Positions 50,420 through 59,848 of a stretch of DNA of 64,000 nucleotides are shown here, in pieces (the first letter of the stretch is position 1; each line of letters starts with the position of its first letter). The stretch is from an uncultured Candidatus Saccharibacteria bacterium. Lineage in GTDB: Bacteria > Patescibacteriota > Dojkabacteria > J137. Location of the stretch: positions 9,991-73,990 of the forward strand of contig CAZSKK010000002.1 of assembly GCA_964607415.1 (NCBI GenBank), in the 5' to 3' direction. A model generated the notes under the pieces. The model worked only from the letters and a program-made list of their open reading frames with translations, was not told the origin of the DNA and searched no databases. The translations under genes and the position numbers were made by a program.

Positions 50420-51502
50420 ATGGATTCATCAACCCAAAAGACTTTAGAAAGTCTTAACATATTTGTAGATCTTAATAAATTAGATTCTGATTTTGAAGAT
50501 CTATCAAAAAAGCTTTCATTAGTTAATCCTAAAGATTCAGGAAAGCAGGAAAATATTGAACTTCTTAAAAAGTTTAATAAAACACAAAGAATTAAGGATT
50601 TAATATCTGAATTTAAGAAGTTAGAAAAACAAAAATTAGAAAACATTGAGTTAACTAGTGATCCAGATTTTAAAGATCTTGCAACTGAAGAAACCCAGAA
50701 AATTGAAGAGAAAATTGTGGAAATAACCAAAGAACTTGCCAAGCTTTGTAAAGTACCTCTAGCCAATGATGAGGAGAAAGCCATTATTGAAATACGACCA
50801 GGTGTGGGGGGAGTTGAAGCATCATTGTTTGCGGAAGATTTGTTCAAAATGTACACGCGATATTTTTCAAATAATGGAATGAAGGTTGAAGTATTTTCAA
50901 TAGACTATAACTCTGAAGGTGGCATTAACGAGGCGATTTTTTTGGTTGATGAACTTGATTCATTTGGATTATTAAGATTTGAAAGTGGAGTACATAGAGT
51001 TCAAAGAGTTCCCAAAACAGAATCATCTGGAAGAATTCATACATCTTCTGCATCAGTAGTTGTTATGCCAAAGTTTTCAAAGAGCACTGTAAATGTTAAA
51101 TCAGAAGAATTAAGAATTGACGTATTCAGAGCTGGAGGTCCTGGTGGACAATCTGTAAATACTACAGATTCAGCTGTTAGAATTACCCACTTACCTACAG
51201 GGATAACCGTATCATGTCAAAATGGGAAATCGCAACATAAAAATAAAGAAATGGCGATGAGTATCTTATTGAATAAATTACAACAAATTGAAGACGAAAA
51301 GAAAGCTACCTCTATTCAAAATTTAAGAGAATCATCTATTCAGTCAGGAGACAGATCTGTAAAAATTAGGACATACAACTTTCAACAAAGTAGAGTTACT
51401 GATCACAGAATTAATCAAAGTTGGTTTAATCTGGAAGAGATTTTAAATGGTGAAATTGAAGAAGTTCTTACAGAAACGAACAAAACTCTAAGACAATTAT
51501 AA
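50420..51502 (+). CDS. prfA: peptide chain release factor 1
   Basis: RVPKTESSGRIHTS (PxT tripeptide region), GGPGGQSVNTT (GGQ), RPGVGGVEASLFA. Confidence 0.85.
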   Translation: MDSSTQKTLESLNIFVDLNKLDSDFEDLSKKLSLVNPKDSGKQENIELLKKFNKTQRIKDLISEFKKLEKQKLENIELTSDPDFKDLATEETQKIEEKIVEITKELAKLCKVPLANDEEKAIIEIRPGVGGVEASLFAEDLFKMYTRYFSNNGMKVEVFSIDYNSEGGINEAIFLVDELDSFGLLRFESGVHRVQRVPKTESSGRIHTSSASVVVMPKFSKSTVNVKSEELRIDVFRAGGPGGQSVNTTDSAVRITHLPTGITVSCQNGKSQHKNKEMAMSILLNKLQQIEDEKKATSIQNLRESSIQSGDRSVKIRTYNFQQSRVTDHRINQSWFNLEEILNGEIEEVLTETNKTLRQL

Positions 51503-52786
51503 CGTTGCTATTTCTTTGGCTTTTTCCAATTGCGGATCCGTTCCCTTGTTAAAGTCATCTTGCGTGTAATCTACTTCAAAATCCGGCTTTACAGGGCTTT
51601 CTTTAGTTATGTTATTGCCATTTGGTGTAAGCCATTTTTGAAATACAAGTAGTAACATACTCCCATCCTCAAAATCATCTAGTATTATCTGCTCTACCCC
51701 TTTCCCAACTGTAGGCATTCCTACAAGCTTTCCCCTATTATTTTCAGAAATTGCAGTCGCAAAAATTTCAGATGCAGAAGCACTTCCTTGATTTACCATA
51801 ACGACAACGGGAACATCTTCAAACCGTCCTACTCTAAAATCTTTATATATTTTAGGATCTTGGTTTTTTATCTGTTCAGACATCAATGTAGTTCCATTAG
51901 TCAGAAACTCTTCCAATGTATGCCTAACGCTTACAACGAAGCCACCAGGGTTATTTCTTAGGTCAATAATAATATTTGTAGGCTTGCCCTTAGCTAAAAT
52001 TTCATTTACTACTTCATCCCAGGAATCATTAAATTTATCTGGCGATTCATCACTAAACTGAGAAATATCAATTAAAATTTGTCCATTACCAAGATCTTTC
52101 CAGGTTACATTATCAATATCAATTTTTTCTCTAGTTATTTCAAATTCTTTTATTTCCCCATTAGAGTTTTCTGATGCTCTGAAAAGTTTTAATTTTACGT
52201 TAGTTCCTTCTTTCCCTCTAATCTTTGTAGCAACAATTTGAGGTTGTTTACCCTGCTGATCTTCTCCATCCACTTCTAAAATTGTGTCCCCAACTTTTAT
52301 ACCATTTCTCTGCGCTGGGAATCCTTCTAGAACTGTTTCAACATAAGTGTTCTCGCCGTCGAATGCTAGAGTAACACCTATACCTTCAAAGTCACCTGTA
52401 CGGCCTTCTAAATATACTTTAGCCTCTTCAGGGGTTAGGTAAGTTGTGTATGGATCGTTTAAAGAGTTTATAATGCCTTTTATAGCTCCGTAGTTTAATT
52501 CTTTGTTAGTTGGAAGCTCATTTATATAGATTTGTTTTAAATAGCTGTAAACTTGTTCTAAAGAGCCTGAATTTAGAAATTCTAAGTCTACCTGTGTTGT
52601 TTCTACAGTTGTTTCAGGATCTTTTGATTTTAGACTTATCCAATCAGGGAATTTAATTACTAGTACACCTAGTACAAAACCTGCAAGCACGGAAGCAGTG
52701 ACTACAAATGGTAAAGCAGTCCCGAATTTTTTAAATTCGGGACTGCTTTTGTCCTTATCTTGTTTAAAAGAATTCTTTTTAGTCAT
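51497..52786 (-). CDS. ctpA: carboxy-terminal processing peptidase (S41 family)
   Basis: N-terminal TM, PDZ (GIKVGDTILEVDG), S41 core VVVMVNQGSASASEIFA. Confidence 0.85.
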   Translation of the reverse strand: MTKKNSFKQDKDKSSPEFKKFGTALPFVVTASVLAGFVLGVLVIKFPDWISLKSKDPETTVETTQVDLEFLNSGSLEQVYSYLKQIYINELPTNKELNYGAIKGIINSLNDPYTTYLTPEEAKVYLEGRTGDFEGIGVTLAFDGENTYVETVLEGFPAQRNGIKVGDTILEVDGEDQQGKQPQIVATKIRGKEGTNVKLKLFRASENSNGEIKEFEITREKIDIDNVTWKDLGNGQILIDISQFSDESPDKFNDSWDEVVNEILAKGKPTNIIIDLRNNPGGFVVSVRHTLEEFLTNGTTLMSEQIKNQDPKIYKDFRVGRFEDVPVVVMVNQGSASASEIFATAISENNRGKLVGMPTVGKGVEQIILDDFEDGSMLLLVFQKWLTPNGNNITKESPVKPDFEVDYTQDDFNKGTDPQLEKAKEIATL

Positions 52787-52800
52787 TCTAAGAGTGTTAG

Positions 52801-53049
52801 TTACACGTATTGAGTGTATGGAAGCAAAGCTACCTGCCTTGCTCTCTTAATTGAAAGTGCAAGTTTTCTTTGGCATTTTGCAGATACCCCAGTTTTAGTT
52901 ACTGGTCTTATTCTACCCCTTGTTGTAATGTACTTTTTTAATGTTTGCACATCTTTGTAGTCGATTCTTGAAGAATCTCCATCAAAAGGACATTTTATGC
53001 CTAATTGCTTTGCAGTTTTTTCTTTTACTTTCTTTTTTGCAACTGCCAT
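52801..53049 (-). CDS. rpsR: 30S ribosomal protein S18
   Basis: [11 protein letters not shown]...[40 protein letters not shown]; the ORF-track N-terminal extension (to 53100) would overlap the repeat copy B and is rejected. Confidence 0.85.
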   Translation of the reverse strand: MAVAKKKVKEKTAKQLGIKCPFDGDSSRIDYKDVQTLKKYITTRGRIRPVTKTGVSAKCQRKLALSIKRARQVALLPYTQYV

Positions 53050-53073
53050 ATATAAAAAGTTATTCCACATGCC

Positions 53074-53152
53074 TCTCCTAAGAATGCATAATGCATTCAA
53101 ATGCAGTTAATTAGCTACACTCAACAGCACAATGTGCTGTTTCGAGGTGTGG
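53074..53152. repeat. copy B of the structured intergenic repeat, between ssb and rpsR
   Basis: CTCCTAAGAATGCATAATGCATT...ACAGCACAATGTGCTGTTTCGAGGTGTGG. Confidence 0.75.
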
Positions 53153-53168
53153 TTTATAAAATAATTAA

Positions 53169-53651
53169 TTAAAATAATTCTTTACTATCGAATTCTTCAT
53201 CAGACACCTCTTCTGAAGAATAATCTTCAGATGGAGCATTTTCCTCCGAAACTACTGGAGTTTCTGTAGCATCTGGCTCACCTTCAATACTGCCTGCGCC
53301 TTTCTTGTCCTTAGAATTTAACAAAACCATATCGTTAAGCTTAATTTCTGTTCTGTAAATTTTCTTTCCTGTTTCTTCTTCTTCCTTAACTCTTGTTCTT
53401 AACTCTCCCTCAACATAAACCAACATTCCTACTGATAAAACTTGTACACAAATTTCAGCTAATTTATTAAATGCTACAATATTATGAAATTCAGCTTTTT
53501 CTTGAACATTTCCTGAAGCGTCCTTCCACATAGAGTTTGTAGCAATTCCGAAAGTGCAGACTTTAACTCCGTTTCCGGTTTCTTTTAAGCTAGGATCTCT
53601 TGTTAAATTTCCTATCAGCATAACTTTATTTAGTGATCTTGCCTTTGCCAT
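53169..53651 (-). CDS. ssb: single-stranded DNA-binding protein
   Basis: MAKARSLNKVMLIGNLTRDP...OB fold, acidic C-terminal tail ending DEEFDSKELF. Confidence 0.9.
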   Translation of the reverse strand: MAKARSLNKVMLIGNLTRDPSLKETGNGVKVCTFGIATNSMWKDASGNVQEKAEFHNIVAFNKLAEICVQVLSVGMLVYVEGELRTRVKEEEETGKKIYRTEIKLNDMVLLNSKDKKGAGSIEGEPDATETPVVSEENAPSEDYSSEEVSDEEFDSKELF

Positions 53652-53688
53652 TGTCTTTTTTGCTAAAAAATAAAACTTAAAATAAAAA

Positions 53689-53979
53689 TTAAAGCTCTTC
53701 TTCTTTCACTAAAAGATATCTCAAAACCTCATCTGTCAAATTCAGAGTTTTTTCGATTTCTTTCGTTTCAGCAGGATTAGCTTCCAAGGTGAATAGAACA
53801 TAGTAACCTTCTTTATATTTTTTTATAGGATATGCAAGAAGTCTTTTACCCATAAGCTCCTTAAGCTCTAATTTAGCTTTATGATCTGCGAGCTTTTTTT
53901 CAAGCTTCTTCATTACCTTCTCTTTGATATCTTCTACCAACAAAGGCTTTAGCACAACCATTAATTCATATTTTTGCAT
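53689..53979 (-). CDS. rpsF: 30S ribosomal protein S6
   Basis: MQKYELMVVLKP... Confidence 0.85.
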   Translation of the reverse strand: MQKYELMVVLKPLLVEDIKEKVMKKLEKKLADHKAKLELKELMGKRLLAYPIKKYKEGYYVLFTLEANPAETKEIEKTLNLTDEVLRYLLVKEEEL

Positions 53980-54120
53980 TTATGGTTTCAATTAATAACT
54001 AAAAGTCAGTTTGAATTATAATATAAAAATATCCTGTTATCAATTGATTATAGAAAAACCCTCCAACCTGCTTCTCTGTCTTCCTCCTTTTTTTATAAAG
54101 CCGAGAAATTAACAAGGGGT

Positions 54121-54726
54121 TCAATCGAATTCTGCTCTGCTTTTTAAGGAATCTACAATCGTTTGTTGTGACACAAATTCTAAATCACTGCCCACAGGAA
54201 TTCCTTTTGCAAGTCTTGTGATTTTCACATCAGCATTAATCTTATTTATTTGGGCTTTAATATACATGCTTGTAGAATCTCCTTCAACATTAGGATTTAA
54301 GCCTAAAATAATTTCACTAGGTTGAAGTTCTGAAATTCTTTTAAACAAGCTATCCAAGTTTATATCATTTGGTCCTATGCCATTAATTGGAGAAATAACT
54401 CCGTTCAAAACATGATATAAACCATGGAATTCTTTAGTTGACTCAATACTATAAAGATCAAGTGCATCTTCTACAACAAAGAAAATATCCTTTTTTCTTG
54501 TGTCATCAGAACAAATTTCACAAATTTCTGAAGTGGTGACATTTCCACATTCAATACAAGTTCTAATTTTTGAACTTACATCAACTAGTGAATTAGCGAG
54601 GTTAATTGCTTGTTTCTTACCACCTACTGAAAGATACATTGCCAATCGATTGGACATCTTAGGGCCAATTCCTGGCAATGAATTCAAAGCGTCGCTTAAA
54701 TTTACAATCTCTTTAGGTGTATTCAT
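54121..54726 (-). CDS. recR: recombination protein RecR
   Basis: HhH N-terminus, C4 zinc finger CIECGNVTTSEICEIC, Toprim domain. Confidence 0.9.
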   Translation of the reverse strand: MNTPKEIVNLSDALNSLPGIGPKMSNRLAMYLSVGGKKQAINLANSLVDVSSKIRTCIECGNVTTSEICEICSDDTRKKDIFFVVEDALDLYSIESTKEFHGLYHVLNGVISPINGIGPNDINLDSLFKRISELQPSEIILGLNPNVEGDSTSMYIKAQINKINADVKITRLAKGIPVGSDLEFVSQQTIVDSLKSRAEFD

Positions 54727-55043
54727 TAGCTTAATAAATCCTTCAAATCGTCGAGACTTGTTGCAGATGCCATCTGCTTTTCCAGCTGTTTTTTAGCATC
54801 TTTCAAAGCTTCCTTGACGTTTTTCTTTAATAAATCAGCAATTTTTTGAAGATCTTTTTCTGAAAGTTCAAGCTGAAGTTCATCTTTAAGTTTTTCTTCA
54901 GAAACTTCCACTTCCGTTACTTCGTAAAGACCATTCATTAATAAAGCAAGGCTTCCTGACTGACCCGCAACTTCTAGCTGCTCCATTTTCTTTTTTGCCT
55001 GTCTTGCCTTCTGAATCATTTTTGTTGTGTCCATTAAACCCAT
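54726..55043 (-). CDS. ybaB: nucleoid-associated protein YbaB/EbfC
   Basis: MGLMDTTKMIQKARQAKKKMEQLE...; classic dnaX-ybaB-recR order. Confidence 0.85.
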   Translation of the reverse strand: MGLMDTTKMIQKARQAKKKMEQLEVAGQSGSLALLMNGLYEVTEVEVSEEKLKDELQLELSEKDLQKIADLLKKNVKEALKDAKKQLEKQMASATSLDDLKDLLS

Positions 55044-55138
55044 ATTTAGAAATTTTAAAAGTTAAATGCACAAGTCAATTATTGTCTATAGTCAATGGTT
55101 CATAGTATCACTATTGACCATTAGCTATTAACCAGGAA

Positions 55139-56602
55139 CTATAATAGTCCTTCTACCACCGAACTATTGTCTACACTTTCTTTCTTAGAATCTAAACTCA
55201 AACTATTTACTTTTTCTTTATCCATTATAACCTGCAAACCAGAGATTTTTGTAATAGATTGCTTTAATAAATCAAGAAACTTTTGTTTCCTTTCAGAATC
55301 ACTAATGTATGTATAATCGTGCTTGTGTTTAACGTAAACATAAATAACACCTTCTTTAAGCTCAATAACCGAAGCTTCAAGCTTGATAGAAAATCCAAGA
55401 TCAATCTTCTTTGCATTTTCAAAAATAGCATTTAAAATATCTTTACTAAGATTATCTTCCAACGTTTTATCAGATAAAATAATTTCTTCAACTATCACTT
55501 CTGAAATTTGTTCTTTTCTAGATGGTTGAGCGATCATCTCTTGCATTACTTTATTTTGCGATGAATTTGATACGTTTGTATTTTGACAAAGTTTTATAAA
55601 AGCTATTTGCAACAAGAGAGTTTTATCGTTAAAAAACCTCATCTGGTTTTTTACATCCACAAGTTCCTTAACAATAATGAAAATTCTTGAATTTGTTTTA
55701 CCAGACTCAATATTTTTAACAAGTATATCTCTGAAAATATCTAATAGTTGATCTAAAAAGAACTGTAAATCTATACTTTGGTCAAAAATCTTTTTAGTAA
55801 ACTCATTCATTCTTTGAAGATTTGACTCAATCAAAATTTCTGCGCATTCATTCAAAATATCCTGCGAGATCAATCCTAATGAATTAACAACAATATCCAA
55901 AGTAACATTTTTATCTTTTGAAGACGATAGGACTTTCGATAATAAACTTTCTGCATCTCTAAAACTTCCACCAGAATATTTATATAATGCATCAAGTGCT
56001 GAATCTTCATATTTAAACTCCTCTGCTTCTAAAATTTTAATGAGCTTAAATTTCATTTCAGAGTTTGTTGCAAGTCTAAAATCATACCTTTGGACTCTAG
56101 ATAAAATTGTAACTGGTATTTTATGAGCTTCCGTTGTTGCCAGAATAAAAATTACATGGCTAGGAGGTTCTTCCAAAGTCTTTAAAAGTGCATTAAAAGC
56201 ATCTTTAGTAAGCATGTGAGCCTCGTCAATGATGTAGACTTTGTATTTTAAATTATTTGGCAGAAAATTTATTTTATCTTTTATATCTCTAATTTCTTCA
56301 ATACCTCTATTGGATGCAGCGTCCATTTCAATAATATCTAGGCTTGCATTTGATGCTATTTCTTTACATGAGTTACATTCGTTACAAACGTCAGAATGAA
56401 TTTGAAAATTTTCGCAGTTAACTGCTTTAGCTAGAATCCTGGCAACTGTCGTTTTTCCAGTTCCTCTAGGACCACAAAGAAGATATGCATGAGCAATATT
56501 TGTGGAAGAAACGGAATTTCTTAAAATATCAGTAATATGCTTCTGGCCAACAACCTCTGCAAAGCTATTAGACCTGTATTTTCTATATAGTACTGCGTCC
56601 AT
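55139..56602 (-). CDS. dnaX: DNA polymerase III subunit gamma/tau
   Basis: YRKYRSNSFAEVVGQ...CGPRGTGKTT...zinc module CENFQIHSDVCNECNSC. Confidence 0.9.
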   Translation of the reverse strand: MDAVLYRKYRSNSFAEVVGQKHITDILRNSVSSTNIAHAYLLCGPRGTGKTTVARILAKAVNCENFQIHSDVCNECNSCKEIASNASLDIIEMDAASNRGIEEIRDIKDKINFLPNNLKYKVYIIDEAHMLTKDAFNALLKTLEEPPSHVIFILATTEAHKIPVTILSRVQRYDFRLATNSEMKFKLIKILEAEEFKYEDSALDALYKYSGGSFRDAESLLSKVLSSSKDKNVTLDIVVNSLGLISQDILNECAEILIESNLQRMNEFTKKIFDQSIDLQFFLDQLLDIFRDILVKNIESGKTNSRIFIIVKELVDVKNQMRFFNDKTLLLQIAFIKLCQNTNVSNSSQNKVMQEMIAQPSRKEQISEVIVEEIILSDKTLEDNLSKDILNAIFENAKKIDLGFSIKLEASVIELKEGVIYVYVKHKHDYTYISDSERKQKFLDLLKQSITKISGLQVIMDKEKVNSLSLDSKKESVDNSSVVEGLL

Positions 56603-56654
56603 TTTTACGCTGATATATTAAGGGTTTAATTATTTCTTTTTAGAAATTGAAGAA

Positions 56655-56861
56655 TTATTTAGATTTGTTTCTTCTTGCTGCAGCTCTTCTTCTTCTTTTA
56701 GTCTTTGCCCAAATCTTATTTTTCTCGTGCCTTAATGTTGTAGGCGAAACATAATATCTTCTTTTTTGAAGTTTTTCTATAACACCTTCTCTAGTAGCTT
56801 CTCTCCAAAGAAGTCTTAAGCCAAGGTCTATTGGTGTGTTGTCGTTTACTATAACTGACAT
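56655..56861 (-). CDS. rpsU: 30S ribosomal protein S21
   Basis: Arg/Lys-rich 68 aa; the ...REGVIEKLQKRRYYVSPTTLRHEKNK... pattern parallels E. coli S21. Confidence 0.7.
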   Translation of the reverse strand: MSVIVNDNTPIDLGLRLLWREATREGVIEKLQKRRYYVSPTTLRHEKNKIWAKTKRRRRAAARRNKSK

Positions 56862-56963
56862 ATTGAATAGAATTAAACAAACTTAAATTAGAAACGAAAT
56901 AATTGTAGCACGAAAATTAAGAAAATGAATACAAAATTATGCTTTAATAACAAAGTTCACTTT

Positions 56964-56994
56964 CCTTGCCTAAGTGCTTCGGCTCGCAGGCAGG
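56964..56994. other. GC-rich bulged hairpin with UUCG tetraloop ~100-140 nt upstream of rpsU (downstream of rseP)
   Basis: CCTTGCCTAAGTGC-TTCG-GCTCGCAGGCAGG; stands out in AT-rich context. Confidence 0.45.
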
Positions 56995-57091
56995 AAGCAT
57001 TCAAAATTTTCAAGTTACAAGCATCAATTTTCAACTAAGTTAAATGAAAATTTGTACTTGTTTTGAAAGCTTTAATGTTTGCCTTATCTGA

Positions 57092-58504
57092 TCATCTTCC
57101 TACAACACTCCTAACAAACTCTCCTACCGAATCAATCCATCCCAACTGTACTACATCTTTTATGGTTACAAATATTGAAAATGCAATCAAAATTGTAAAT
57201 CCACTCATGTTGATTAAATTCAAAATTTTATCCGGGATTCTTTTCCTACTTATTGATTCAACTATAGCAATTGCAAGCTGACCACCATCTAAAGCCGGAA
57301 AAGGTAGAATGTTTGCAGTGGCTAAAGCTATGCTCACCAATGCTGTTAAAGGGATTAAAAAACTAAAAGCTTGAAAATCGACAACTTGCCCTACTTCTTC
57401 CCCAAGCCTTGGAACCCCTCCCACGGCATCTGAAACCTGATTATAATCACCTGTTTTAAATGCATCGCTAATAAGTCCGCCAAGAACTTTTAGCTGATAG
57501 ATACTCAAATCAAATGTAAGAGAAGTTCCATTTAAAATATTCTTATTATATGAAAGAAAGTAACTTTCTTTATTTGATGCAGTGTCATAACTTACACCTA
57601 AGCCTAAACCATAACTTAATCTTGCATAAAGCAGCTGACCCTGATCGTTTCTTTGACCTAGTTTTAAAAGCCTATTTTCTATGGTTCCATCCTCTTTAAG
57701 CATTTGAAAGTTCACCTCTGAATTTTGATATTGATCTACTGTTGCAGTAAAGTCTTCAAAACTTGTAAAAAACTTGGAATCAACCCCAATGATAGCATCT
57801 CCCGGTTTTAAGTACTGAAGCATATCCTGAGAAACAACTTCTTCTACTGTTATTGGAAAATAACCATCGTTCGTTAAGAAATTTACATTAAACGTTTCTT
57901 TTGTTGTTTTAAAAGTATCTAAATCTAAGACCTCAAATTCTGTATCCTGATTTAAATTTCTATAAATTTTATTCTGAAAATCTTCAAACGATTCAATCTT
58001 TTGATTATTGATACTAACAATAGTTTTATCCGTTAGTGATTGATCCCATTTTCTGTCTTCTTCTACCTCTAAAATGGAAATTGGAAAGTAACTATTTTGT
58101 GACGAAACATTTGAGAAATTATAATTCGAATAGTTAGGAAGTATAAACTTAGAGCCAGTTGCAAACAAAAATATTGTTAAGAATATACACGCAAATATAA
58201 AATTCATTCCCACTCCTGCCACCAAAATCAAAGCCTTAGCCCATAAAGGCTTTCTTCTAAAACTTCCTGGTCCCGTATCTTCTCGTTCTCCTTCAAGTTG
58301 AACGTAACCTCCCAGTGGAATTGTACAAATCTTATACTTTGTGCCTTTATAAGATTTAGAAAAAATGGCATTACCAAATCCTATTGCAAATTCGTGTACA
58401 TGTACTCCGACTGCTTTTGCAGCCAAAAAATGACCCAGTTCATGGATAAAAACTAGAAACCCCAAAATCAAAATTAGGAAAAATAGTGTTAATAGGAAGT
58501 TCAT
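57092..58504 (-). CDS. rseP: RIP metalloprotease RseP (site-2 protease, M50)
   Basis: HELGHFLAA (HExxH), PDZ domains, LNLLPFPALDGG. Confidence 0.9.
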   Translation of the reverse strand: MNFLLTLFFLILILGFLVFIHELGHFLAAKAVGVHVHEFAIGFGNAIFSKSYKGTKYKICTIPLGGYVQLEGEREDTGPGSFRRKPLWAKALILVAGVGMNFIFACIFLTIFLFATGSKFILPNYSNYNFSNVSSQNSYFPISILEVEEDRKWDQSLTDKTIVSINNQKIESFEDFQNKIYRNLNQDTEFEVLDLDTFKTTKETFNVNFLTNDGYFPITVEEVVSQDMLQYLKPGDAIIGVDSKFFTSFEDFTATVDQYQNSEVNFQMLKEDGTIENRLLKLGQRNDQGQLLYARLSYGLGLGVSYDTASNKESYFLSYNKNILNGTSLTFDLSIYQLKVLGGLISDAFKTGDYNQVSDAVGGVPRLGEEVGQVVDFQAFSFLIPLTALVSIALATANILPFPALDGGQLAIAIVESISRKRIPDKILNLINMSGFTILIAFSIFVTIKDVVQLGWIDSVGEFVRSVVGR

Positions 58505-58507
58505 ATT

Positions 58508-59053
58508 TTAAATTTTAAGAATTTCCTGCTCTTTTTGTGAAGCAATTTTATCTAAATCAGCAATTTGATTATCAACAACTTCTTGAAGCTTTTTTGTATC
58601 TCGTTCTTGTTCGTCTTCTGAAACACCTGTTGCTGCTTCAATTTTTTCTTTAAACTTTTGTCTTAGTTGCCTTATTGAAACTTTTGCTTTTTCTAAAAGT
58701 TCGCCTAATTCCTTAACTCTTTCTTTTCTATCTTCTTCACTTACTGGATTAAATTTTAATCTAATAAAACCTGAGTCCATAATCACATTTGCACCAATAT
58801 TTGCTTCTCTTAAAGCTTTTTCTACATTTGGCATTACGTTTTTATCCCAGATATTAACTTTTACACTAACTGCATCTTCAACAACAATATTGCTTAAAGC
58901 TGTAAGCTTGTTCATTGCACCATAAGCTTCAACCATAATATTATCAAAAAGTTCCATGGTTGCTCTACCCGTTCGTAGTTTTTTTAATTCACTATTAAAA
59001 TGATCTACGATTCCTTGTGCATCACTTTTGAACTGTTGTTCGTTGAAAAGCAT
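58508..59053 (-). CDS. frr: ribosome recycling factor
   Basis: 181 aa; MLFNEQQFKSDAQGIVDHF...KLRTGRA... Confidence 0.9.
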   Translation of the reverse strand: MLFNEQQFKSDAQGIVDHFNSELKKLRTGRATMELFDNIMVEAYGAMNKLTALSNIVVEDAVSVKVNIWDKNVMPNVEKALREANIGANVIMDSGFIRLKFNPVSEEDRKERVKELGELLEKAKVSIRQLRQKFKEKIEAATGVSEDEQERDTKKLQEVVDNQIADLDKIASQKEQEILKI

Positions 59054-59160
59054 ATTTGAAAAAAGTTAAAAGTTAAATGTAGAAAGTAAAAAGTTCGTTA
59101 TGAGTTATGGGTTTTGAGTTATGAGTTTGTGTTAACTCATAACCCATTACCCAATACTGA

Positions 59161-59766
59161 TTACTGTTTTGCCATTACTGTCTCTTTCGCAACTTCAAAT
59201 CTTGCAAATTGAACAATTTCAATCTTCTCGCCTATTTTTGCAACCATTTCATCAAGGTAATCTTTTACAGTTTTTGAGTCGTCAACAAAAAGATCCTGTT
59301 TTAATAATACTATCTCTTTATAGAATTTCTCAAGTTTTCCTGAAAGAATTGTTTCTTGAATATTTTCTGGTTTGCCTTCAAGCTCTTTCATGTAAACTTC
59401 TTTTTCTGCATCAATAATTTGGCTATCAATATCCTCTACTTTTATGTATTTAGGGCTCATTGCAGCAACTTGAACTGCCATATCACTTGCAAATTTTTTC
59501 ATGTCATCGCTATTTGCAGCAAAGTCAGTTTCGCAGTCTACTTCAACAACAATCACTACTCTATTTGTTGGGTGAATGTATGTTCCAATAATACCATTAG
59601 ATGCTACTCTTTCTTTCCTTTTATCTGCTTTAGCAACACCTTTTTGTCTTAAAATTTTGATTGCTTCTTCCTGATTTCCATTTGCTTGCTCTAATGCTTC
59701 TCTTACAGCATTAAGTCCTGCGCCTGTCATCTCTCTTAATTGTTTTACTTGGTCTAGTGTTATCAT
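59161..59766 (-). CDS. tsf: elongation factor Ts
   Basis: MITLDQVKQLREMTGAGLNAVREALEQANGNQEEAIKILRQKG. Confidence 0.9.
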   Translation of the reverse strand: MITLDQVKQLREMTGAGLNAVREALEQANGNQEEAIKILRQKGVAKADKRKERVASNGIIGTYIHPTNRVVIVVEVDCETDFAANSDDMKKFASDMAVQVAAMSPKYIKVEDIDSQIIDAEKEVYMKELEGKPENIQETILSGKLEKFYKEIVLLKQDLFVDDSKTVKDYLDEMVAKIGEKIEIVQFARFEVAKETVMAKQ

Positions 59767-59792
59767 ATTTTTTAGTTAATATTTAATAAATT

Positions 59793-59848
59793 AGATTCAG
59801 GAATTATGATTCAAGATTTAAGAATTCTTAATTCATGAATCGTGAATC
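59793..59848. repeat. cluster of GATTCA/TGAATC palindromic units including TTCATGAATCGTGAA in the rpsB-tsf spacer
   Basis: GATTCAGGAATTATGATTCAAGATTTAAGAATTCTTAATTCATGAATCGTGAATC seen directly. Confidence 0.45.

Noticed and set aside
52801-53100. ORF-track S18 with a 17-aa N-terminal extension ([17 protein letters not shown]).
   Set aside because: The extension is the translated repeat element copy B; conserved S18 begins at MAVAKKK.
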